This document shows positions 1-7,800 of a stretch of DNA of 64,000 bases, piece by piece (position 1 is the stretch's first letter; each line of letters opens with the position of its first letter). Made by a program: the position numbers and the translations under genes. The notes below the pieces were generated by a model, which worked only from the letters and a program-made list of their open reading frames with translations, had not been told where the DNA came from and made no database searches. This DNA is from an uncultured Actinomycetes bacterium. GTDB lineage: Bacteria > Actinomycetota > Thermoleophilia > Gaiellales > JALYLC01. Location: NCBI GenBank assembly GCA_963705965.1, contig CAVPLI010000001.1, positions 422,947 through 486,946 on the forward strand, read 5' to 3'.

Positions 1-750
1 CTCTACGCGCTCGTCGTGTGGTGGCGGGAGCGCTCGCTGCGCATCGCCCGGCGCGATCTCGGCGCGATCCTCCTGCTCGCCGTGGTCGGCATCTTCATCA
101 ACCAGGTCGCGGTCATCTACGCCGTGCAGAAGGCCGGCGCCGCCAACGTCGGCATGCTCATGGCGAGCGCGCCGATCATCGCCGCGCTGCTCGCGCGCAA
201 GCTCGGGCACGAGCGCATCGGTGCGCGTCACGTGGTCGGCATCGCCGTGGCGGCCACGGGCGCCCTGCTCGTGCTCTACGGCGGCGGGGGAGTCGGCGGC
301 GCGCCGCTGATCGGCTGGATCCTCGGGCTCGTGACGGCGGCGACCTGGGCGACGTACTCGGTGCTGCTCCGCCCGCTGATGGCGCGCTACAGCGCGGAGC
401 GACTGTCGGCCGCGGTGCTGCTCACGGGCTCGGCCATGCTGATCCCCGTCTCGCTGCCGCAGCTCGCCGACCAGGACTGGGGCGCGCCGAGCGGCAATGC
501 CTGGCTCGCGCTCGGCTACAGCCTCGTCTTCTCGCTGCTGGTCACGAACGTCCTCTGGTTCGACGCCATCCACCGCGTCGGCGCGTCGCGCGCGACGGTG
601 TTCCTCTACCTCGAGCCGTTCTGCGTCGCGCTGATCGCGATGGCGGTGCTCGGCGAGCACGTCTCGGCGGCCGAGTGGGTCGGCGGGGTCGTGATCCTCG
701 GCGGCGTCCTGCTCGCTGCTCGCAGCCGCGAGACGGCCGCCGACCGCTGA
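1..750 (+). CDS. DMT/EamA family transporter (5' truncated by window)
   Basis: Open from base 1; about 8 hydrophobic helices, typical EamA pattern (GASRATVFLYLEP, LGEHVS). Confidence 0.85.
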   Translation, partial: LYALVVWWRERSLRIARRDLGAILLLAVVGIFINQVAVIYAVQKAGAANVGMLMASAPIIAALLARKLGHERIGARHVVGIAVAATGALLVLYGGGGVGGAPLIGWILGLVTAATWATYSVLLRPLMARYSAERLSAAVLLTGSAMLIPVSLPQLADQDWGAPSGNAWLALGYSLVFSLLVTNVLWFDAIHRVGASRATVFLYLEPFCVALIAMAVLGEHVSAAEWVGGVVILGGVLLAARSRETAADR

Positions 751-817
751 GCGGTCGTCAGCGGCCGTCCGCGCATCTCCGGTAGGTGCTCGGGTGCGGC
801 GCTCTAGGGTGCACTTC

Positions 818-1087
818 ATGGAGGAGGATCGCCATCTCGACGGGCGAGCGTGCGTCGCCGTGGCCTGCGGCATCTCGTCCCTGCTCGTGGTCTTCCTGAG
901 CCCGGAGGTCGGCATCTTCTTCGGCGCCTTCGCCTGGATCTTCGCCGGTGCGAGCGTGACCGCGGTCGACGACGTGCCCTCCAGTCCCCGCACGCGCCGG
1001 ACGGCGCTGCTGGCGCTGCTGCCGACCCTGCCGGCGCTCGTCGCGCTCGTGTTGCTGCTGCTCAAGTTCGGCGAGCCGGCCTACTAG
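818..1087 (+). CDS. Small hypothetical membrane protein
   Basis: ATG 818, 89 aa, three hydrophobic segments; converges on the next gene. Confidence 0.55.
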   Translation: MEEDRHLDGRACVAVACGISSLLVVFLSPEVGIFFGAFAWIFAGASVTAVDDVPSSPRTRRTALLALLPTLPALVALVLLLLKFGEPAY

Positions 1088-1395
1088 CGGCGGCGGCGAC
1101 CCCCGCGGCGGGCGTTGGACGCGGATGCGTGGCGGTGCCAGCCACCGCCGATGAGATCCTCGAACACGACGGCCAGGCCGCCGTCGGCGAGCACGAGCTC
1201 GGCGTAGGCCCGGCGCACGGGTGCGTCGGTCCACCAGCCTTCCTCGACGACCCAGCGCTCGCGGATCTGCTCGACGGGCCGGTCGTCGAGTCGCACCGGG
1301 GTGCCGCCGGGGCCGAGCTCGACCTGTGCGGGCTGCACCAGCGAGAGGCGGCGCAGGGTGGGGGCGGGCCTGGGCGGGGACATCGGCTTGCTCAT
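1084..1395 (-). CDS. ImuB-associated small protein (DUF6504-like)
   Basis: ATG 1395 overlaps the stop of the upstream VOC gene; ERWVVEEGWW...RRAYAELV...VFED...GW resembles the ImuB C-terminal/DUF6504 domain. Confidence 0.7.
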   Translation of the reverse strand: MSKPMSPPRPAPTLRRLSLVQPAQVELGPGGTPVRLDDRPVEQIRERWVVEEGWWTDAPVRRAYAELVLADGGLAVVFEDLIGGGWHRHASASNARRGGRRRR

Positions 1396-1781
1396 GCGAT
1401 CGGGGTGCACAGCTCGATCAGCACGCCGTTGGGATCGCGGACGTAGGAGACGGTCTGGCCCCACGGCTTCTGCTTGGGCCCGGCCAGCTCGCGCGCCCCG
1501 GCCTCGACTGCGCGGGCGTGGGCCGCGGGCACGTCGTCGTCCACGAGCGCGATCTCGATCGCGGCGGGCGGGCCCGCCGGATCGTGGGCGGCGAAGCCAT
1601 CGGGCAGGTTCGCCTTCCCCATCTCGTGCGACGCGAACGAGAGCGTCGTCGCGCCGGTGTCGAGCTCGCCGTAGCTGCCGTCCTCGGCCACGAATCGCCG
1701 GCTGAGGCCGAACGCCCGCTCCCACCACTCGATCGTCGCGTCCACATCCGCCACGTAGGCGATCACGTAGCCCAGCTTCAT
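1392..1781 (-). CDS. VOC/glyoxalase family protein
   Basis: MKLGYVIAYVADV...KPWGQTVSYVRDPNGVLIEL; GGAGG upstream. Confidence 0.9.
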   Translation of the reverse strand: MKLGYVIAYVADVDATIEWWERAFGLSRRFVAEDGSYGELDTGATTLSFASHEMGKANLPDGFAAHDPAGPPAAIEIALVDDDVPAAHARAVEAGARELAGPKQKPWGQTVSYVRDPNGVLIELCTPIA

Positions 1782-1818
1782 CGCACCCACCTCCGATATC
1801 TCAGTCTCAACTTGAGGG

Positions 1819-3033
1819 TTACTGTTCATCCGGCGCGAGCGCATAGCGCCGCTCCGGCAGGCGGCTGTCCGGCGCCACCTCCACCACGCGCAGCGCCGCA
1901 TCCCGGCCCACGGCCGCACGCACCTGGCGGACGGCCTCCACCCGCCGCTCCCGCCGCTCCTCTCCCTCGGCGCGCAGCAGCACGCCCTGGCGGTGCCCCT
2001 CGGTGAGCGCCGCGAGCTCGATCGCGATCTGGTCGACGGGAGCGCCGAGCGCGATCAGCCGGGGCGTCGCGACCATCTCGAGCAGCTTGCGGTCGGAGCT
2101 CGGCTCGCGCAGCGGGACGTGCTCCTCCCAGGATCCGCCGCCGGCCAGGCGGGCGCCGACGCGCAGCGAGCGCGGCGCGCGGCCCGCCCGCTCGGGACGC
2201 GCGAGCAGCCGGTCGAGCAGCAGGCGCACGGCGTGCGCCATGGCCTGCTCGGTCGCGATGGGCTCGCCGAGGGCGAGCATCTCGCGCAGCGCCGGCGCCA
2301 CCGCCCGCGGAGCGATCTGCTCGGAGTCGTGCCCGGCCGCGAGCAGCCAGGCGCGCTCGCCCTCGTAGCCGAAGCGGTCGCGCACGACCGTGGCCGGCAG
2401 TGCGGCGAGATCGCGCAGGCGGCGGATGCCGAGGCCCTCCAGCACGGTCAGCAGGTCGTGGTCGATGCCCGCGGTCCCCGTGCCCGCCGGGCCGAGCGCG
2501 GCGACCGGGAGGTCGGCCAGGAAGGCGGTCGCCTGCGCGGCGGGGATGACGAGCGGCTTTCCCGGCCGTGCCCGGCGCGCGGCGTGCGTCGTCAGGAACC
2601 GGCCGGGCGCGGCGCCCAGGCGCGGGCGCAGCCCCGTCTCGCGCGTCGCGGCCTCTGCGCTCGCGCCGAGCACGCCGTCGAGCCCGTTCCAGAGCCGCTC
2701 GAGTGGGCGTGCGTCGAGCAGCGCGAGACCGTCGGCGACCGGCTCCACGGCCGCTCCGATGCCCTCCAGCGCGATGTACAGGCGGTCGGCCCGCAGGCGC
2801 ACCGCGAGCGGATCGGGGGGCACGAGCCGCAGCGCCGGGCAGAGGGCGTGGGCCTGGGCCGTGCGCATGCCCGGTCGCACACCGGAGGCGGCCGCGGCCG
2901 GGCTCACCTCGCCGATGGGCCCGGCGCCGCCGTCGAGCGGCGCGAGCGCCAGCGGCGCGCCCCCCATCGGCACCCCGTGCTCGTGCGCGGCGACTGCCAG
3001 ATCGAACCGGGGGATGTGAACGCCGACCAGCAT
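1819..3033 (-). CDS. imuB: ImuB-like catalytically inactive Y-family DNA polymerase
   Basis: AAASGVRPGM...AHALCP, LGIRRLRDLA, RFG motifs; catalytic acidic motifs absent; LexA box upstream. Confidence 0.8.
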   Translation of the reverse strand: MLVGVHIPRFDLAVAAHEHGVPMGGAPLALAPLDGGAGPIGEVSPAAAASGVRPGMRTAQAHALCPALRLVPPDPLAVRLRADRLYIALEGIGAAVEPVADGLALLDARPLERLWNGLDGVLGASAEAATRETGLRPRLGAAPGRFLTTHAARRARPGKPLVIPAAQATAFLADLPVAALGPAGTGTAGIDHDLLTVLEGLGIRRLRDLAALPATVVRDRFGYEGERAWLLAAGHDSEQIAPRAVAPALREMLALGEPIATEQAMAHAVRLLLDRLLARPERAGRAPRSLRVGARLAGGGSWEEHVPLREPSSDRKLLEMVATPRLIALGAPVDQIAIELAALTEGHRQGVLLRAEGEERRERRVEAVRQVRAAVGRDAALRVVEVAPDSRLPERRYALAPDEQ

Positions 3034-3045
3034 CAGGGGGATGAG

Positions 3046-3074
3046 ATGCTATGCGAACGTATGTTCGATTGCAA
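3046..3074 (-). promoter_or_regulatory. Sigma70-type promoter with LexA (SOS) box in the spacer
   Basis: Minus strand TTGCAA-17 nt-TAGCAT; perfect CGAAC-GTAT-GTTCG at 3054-3067. Confidence 0.85.
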
Positions 3075-3096
3075 GCGCCCGCTCGGCTGCCGATGG
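3071..3096 (+). promoter_or_regulatory. Possible sigma28 (FliA/WhiG)-like promoter
   Basis: GCAA-N14-GCCGATGG, 7 nt before GTG 3104. Confidence 0.4.
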
Positions 3097-3103
3097 AGGT
3101 TGG

Positions 3104-4813
3104 GTGCCGCAAGCGCTCTCTCTCCGTCTGCTCGTCGCCGCGCTTGTCGCCGTCGTGGCGGTCATCGCCACCGCCGGGCCCCTGCGCAGCCAGCTGGCGG
3201 GTCAGGGCGTCGGCCGCGGGCACGCTCTCGTCGCCCCCGGGCCGTTGTCGCCCTCGCGGGCCGGCGCGCTGGAGCCGCTCGCGCCAACGCTCCCCGACGG
3301 CGGTCCCAACGGCGCTGCGATCTGGGTTCACGGCGACCGCTCGCCGGCCGCTGCGGTCGCGCTGTTTCGCGCCGCCGGCATCCCGGCGAGCGTCGTGCGG
3401 TCATTCGGCGAGGCCCGGCGCCATCCGCTCGTCCTGAGCTGGCCGACGACGAGCTTCGGCCGGCGCCTGCGCGTGCAGGTGCGGGCCTATGCGCGTCACG
3501 GTGGCACGTTCCTGGCCGTCGCTCCGAGCCCGGCGGTGCGGGCCGGCATCGGCGCCAGGCGTACCGCCTTCTTCACCCGCCTCGTCCAGGTGCCCGAGCG
3601 CGGGCTCGAGAGCGGCGGGCACCTGCGCGACAGCCAGATCGCGGCCCTGCGGCGCTTCTGGGCGGCGACGCCCGGCGGCTTCCGCCTCGGCGACGCGCCG
3701 GGCGGCGCGCGCTCCGCCCTCGTGCTGCTGCACGACGTGCGCGGGGCGCAGGCGCTGCGCGCCGCGCGCGAGCTCGTGCGGCGCGAGCGCAAGACGGGCG
3801 TGCGCGCGACGTACGTGCTCCAGACCCGCTATCTGGCCGACGCCCGCGGGGCGAAGCTCGTGGGCCCGGCGCTCGCGCAACTCGTGCGCGCCGTGCGGGC
3901 GGCCTCCGCCGGCGTGGTCGCAGGCGGCGTTGCGGGCGGCCCGCTCGTGACGGTGCCCCGCGGCGACGCGGGCGAGATCTACCCGACCTATGCGGCTGCG
4001 TACGCGTCCTCGACCGAGGTCGACGGCGAGACGCTGAGCGGCGAGCTGCGCATCTCGCGCTACGTGCTGGACGAGCTCGGCGCGGGTGCCGTCGACGCGT
4101 TCCGCGGCGTCTCGGGCTCGACGCCGCGCGGCTTCGCGGCCGTGGCCGAGGACACGGGCATCGACGTCGACGCCACGCTCCCGGTGGACGCCGCAGGCGG
4201 ATCGTTCCCGTTCTGGCAGGCGCAGGCCGACGGGCTCGAGCGCCGCCTGCTGCGGTTTCCCGTCGCCGTCGACGACGTGCCCGGCGAGGGCCCTGCGGCC
4301 GCGCTCGCCGCGGCCTACGTCGCCCTGCGCCGCAATCACGGCAGCGGGGCGCCCACGCTCGTGGAGCTGACCCCCGATCGCCACGGCTGCGCTGCGGCCG
4401 TCGAGCGGGCACTGCTCGCAGACACGCCGCCGGACGTCTGGCGGGGGACGCTCGACCGCCTCGCCGGCTTCTGGGACGCGCGCGCCGGCGTCGCGCTGGA
4501 CGCGCGGCCCCTCGGCGCCGGCCGGGGCTGGCTCGTGCGCCTGGGCAGCGAGGGCAGTGCCGGCGGGCAATCGCTGGTCGCGCCGTTCCGCGTCGCCCGC
4601 GCCACCGGGGCCGACGGTCACCCACTCGAGGTACGCGGCGGAAACCGCGTCGTGCTGCCCGAATTCCGCGGCCAGACGGCGATCGTCGTCGTTCCCACGC
4701 GCGCGAAGGTCAACCGGTCGGGGGATCCCGCCTCGTCTGCCTTCCGCCAAGCTGCGACTCGGCTCCCCCGGCAGCTCACACTGCTTTCAAGCTCCGCACA
4801 CGTCTGTCGATAG
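3104..4813 (+). CDS. Exported/membrane-anchored protein with degenerate polysaccharide deacetylase-like domain
   Basis: N-terminal hydrophobic helix; SALVLLHDV and RATYVLQT motifs; metal-binding His pair not seen. Confidence 0.55.
   Translation: MPQALSLRLLVAALVAVVAVIATAGPLRSQLAGQGVGRGHALVAPGPLSPSRAGALEPLAPTLPDGGPNGAAIWVHGDRSPAAAVALFRAAGIPASVVRSFGEARRHPLVLSWPTTSFGRRLRVQVRAYARHGGTFLAVAPSPAVRAGIGARRTAFFTRLVQVPERGLESGGHLRDSQIAALRRFWAATPGGFRLGDAPGGARSALVLLHDVRGAQALRAARELVRRERKTGVRATYVLQTRYLADARGAKLVGPALAQLVRAVRAASAGVVAGGVAGGPLVTVPRGDAGEIYPTYAAAYASSTEVDGETLSGELRISRYVLDELGAGAVDAFRGVSGSTPRGFAAVAEDTGIDVDATLPVDAAGGSFPFWQAQADGLERRLLRFPVAVDDVPGEGPAAALAAAYVALRRNHGSGAPTLVELTPDRHGCAAAVERALLADTPPDVWRGTLDRLAGFWDARAGVALDARPLGAGRGWLVRLGSEGSAGGQSLVAPFRVARATGADGHPLEVRGGNRVVLPEFRGQTAIVVVPTRAKVNRSGDPASSAFRQAATRLPRQLTLLSSSAHVCR
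4787..4813 (+). promoter_or_regulatory. Sigma28 (FliA/WhiG)-like promoter
   Basis: TCAA-N15-GTCGATAG versus consensus TAAA-N15-GCCGATAA. Confidence 0.6.
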
Positions 4814-4837
4814 GAAGCCTCGGACCAGGGACGCACC

Positions 4838-7800
4838 ATCACAGACGAAAATCACGAGCGCATTCTCCAGGACCGCCTCGAGCAGGCCACCAAGGCCGGC
4901 GCGGGCCGGAGCCTGCGCGGAGCGCTGGGACGCGTCCAGGACGAGGCCATCGAGCAGCGGATCCTCGAGGAGCGTCAGCGCATCCTGCAGGAATTGCAGG
5001 TGCAGTTCGACGAGCGCCTGAAGGTACTGGAAGAACGCGAGCGCGCCGTCGCCGACCTCGAGGATGCCGACGGCCGTGAGGGGCTGGCCGAGCAGGCCGC
5101 CACCACGGTGCAGCTGCGCGATGCCGTGGACCGGCAGGAGCGCCGCATCGAGGACCTCGAGCGCAACATCGAGAGCGAGCGCTACCGGCGAACGGTCGCG
5201 GAGTCCGTGCTCGAGGATCCGTCGCTCATGCACAACCTCGCGATCGAGAACGAACGGCTGCAGTCGGAGCTCGCCGACCGCGAGCGCGAGCTCGAGCTGA
5301 TCGCCGCGCAGACGCCGGGCGACGGCACCGAGACGGCGACGGCCCCTCCCGAGCAGCTGAGCGAGCTCGAGGGCCAGATCGCCGTCTACGAGATCGAGCT
5401 GCTCGAGCTGCGCGCCCGGCTGGAGGACGTGATCGATCGCGAGTTCGCCGACCTGCGCGAGAGCGAGCTGAAGCAGGAGATCGAGCGACTCGCCGCCCAG
5501 GTGGCAGCCGGGGGCGAGGCGGGCGATGCCGAGGAGCAGCTCGCCCCGCTGCGCGCCGAGCTGGCGTCGGCGCTGGCCGAGGGCGAGCAGGCGTCGGGCC
5601 GCGCGAGCGAGCTGGAGGCGCGCGTGGCGGCGCTCGAGAGCGAGCTCGCCGAACGCGAGGGCGTCGACGACAGCGAGCGGGACGCGCGCGAGAACGAGTT
5701 GCGCGAGGCGCTCGCTGAGACGCAGGCGCAGGTCGAGTCGCTGCGCGCGGCCGCGGCGAAGGCCGACGAGCTCGCGGACGAGATGGAGGTGCTGCGCAGC
5801 GCCGGCGAGCAGCTCGGGACCGATCTCGAGGACGCCCGCGGCAGCCTGCAGGAGGCGCTCGACGCCGCGGCGCAGTCGGCCGGAGCGGCAGCGCGCATTT
5901 CGGAGCTGGAGGCGGAGGCCGCCGCGCGCGGGGCGGCCGAGCACGCGGCGGGAGAAGAGCTCGCGTCGGCGCGCGAGGAGCTGGAGCGGTTGCGCGCCCT
6001 GGAGGCACGGGCAGGCGAGCGCGAAGCAGCGGCACAGGTCACCGAGGGTGAGCTCGCGTCCGCCCACGAGGAGCTGGCGAGGCTGCGCGAGCAGGCCGCT
6101 GCGGCGGGCGGGGCGGCCGAGCGGCTCGAGGCCGCCGAGCGGCAGCGCGACGAGGCCAGGGATCTGCTCGAGGAGCTGGAGCGCGAGCTGGCCGCCGCTC
6201 GCCTGCGCGCGACCGCCGCCGACGAGGCCGAGGGCCGCGTCGCCGACCTCGAGGGCCGTATCGCGACGCAGGCGGAGGGGGCCGCGGCAACTGCCGCGGA
6301 GCTCGAGCGGCGTATCGCCGAGCAGTCCGCATCTGCGGCCGCGGAGCTCACGCTCGCACTCGAGAAGGCCGAGGCTGCGGAGACCCAGCTCGCCGAGCAC
6401 CAGGTTGCCGCTTCGTCGGTCACGAGCGACCTGGCGAAGGCGCGCGAGCAGGCCGATGCCGCGCGCGCCCTCGTCGGCTCGCTCGAGGGCGACCTCGCGA
6501 CCGCGCGCGACGAGCTGACGCAGCTCGGGGAGCGCGCAGCAGCGGCGGAAGCCGCCGAGGGCCGCGTCGCGGAGCTCGAGAGCCGCATCGCGGAGCAGGC
6601 CGAGCAGGCGGCCACCGCCGCCGCCGAGCTCGCCCGTGCGCTGGAGAAGGCCGAGGTGGCCGAGACGCAGCTCGAGGAGCGCGACGCGGCGGCATCGTCG
6701 ATCACGAGCGATCTCGCGAAGGCGCGCGAGCAGGCCGATGCCGCACGCGCGCTCGTCGGCTCGCTCGAGAGCGAGCTCGCGACGGCACGCGACGAGCTGG
6801 CGCAGCTCGGCGAGCGCGCCGCCGCCGCGGGTGCGGCCGAGCTGCGGATCGAGGAGCTGGACGGCCGCATCGCGGCGCAGACGCAGATGGCGGTCGCCTC
6901 GGCCGAGGAGCTCGCGCTCGCACGCGAGCAGCTCCAGGCCGTCGAGACGCAGCTCGAGGAGCGCAACGCGGCCGCCGCCACCGCCGATGCCGATCTCGCG
7001 AACGCACGTGAGCAGTCGGACACGGCACGCGCGCGCGCCGAGGCGCTCGAGTCCGAGCTCGCCGCGCTGCGCGACCGGGCCGAGCTCGCCGGCGCCGCCG
7101 AGCAGCGCGTGGCGGCGCTCGAAGCGCAGTTGGTCGAGCGGGACGAAGAGGCGTCGGCCTCCGCCGAGGCCCTGGCCGGGGCGCGCGACGACGCACACCG
7201 GCTCGAGCAGGAGGCGATCGAGCTGCGCGGTGCCAGCGAGGCGCTCGCGGCGGCTCGCAGCGAGCTCGAGGATGTCCACGGGCAGATCGAGACGTTGCGC
7301 GCCGAGCTCGGCGAGGCGCAGAGCCGGCTGGAGGCGTCCGCCGAGGCCGCCGAGCGCAGCGGGAGCCTCGAGGAGGAGCTGGCCGAGGTGCGCACGGCGC
7401 TCGCCGACGCGCGCGTCAAGCTCGACGACGCCCGCACCGAACGCGCACGGGTGCCCGAGCTCGAGGCCGCGATCGCCGAGCGCTCGAGCGAGCTGGAGCA
7501 GTTGCGCGGCGAGCTTGCGCAGGCAGCCGAGCTGGCGGCCGAGGTCGAGCGCGCGCAGAGGGCCCTCCAGGCACGCGAGGGCGACCTCGAGCGCGCGCAG
7601 GCTGCTCTCGAGGAGCGCGAGGGCGAGCTCGAGCGCGCGCAGACGGCGTTGCAGGAGCACGCAGGCGAGCTGGAGCGCGCACAGACGGCGTTGCAGGAGC
7701 GTGCGGGCGACCTCGAGCGTGCACAGGCGGCGCTGGCGGAGCGCGACGGCGACCTCGATCGCCTGACGGGCGAGATCGCCGAGCGCGAGAGCGCGCTGGT

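Noticed and set aside
4811..4813. Single TAG separating two in-frame ORFs (read-through or pyrrolysine fusion)
   Set aside because: The TAG is part of the promoter-like GTCGATAG, a separate RBS follows, and an exported protein fused to a cytoplasmic coil is implausible
7544..7753. Regularly spaced repeats as a CRISPR array
   Set aside because: In-frame coding repeats without unique spacers; no cas genes
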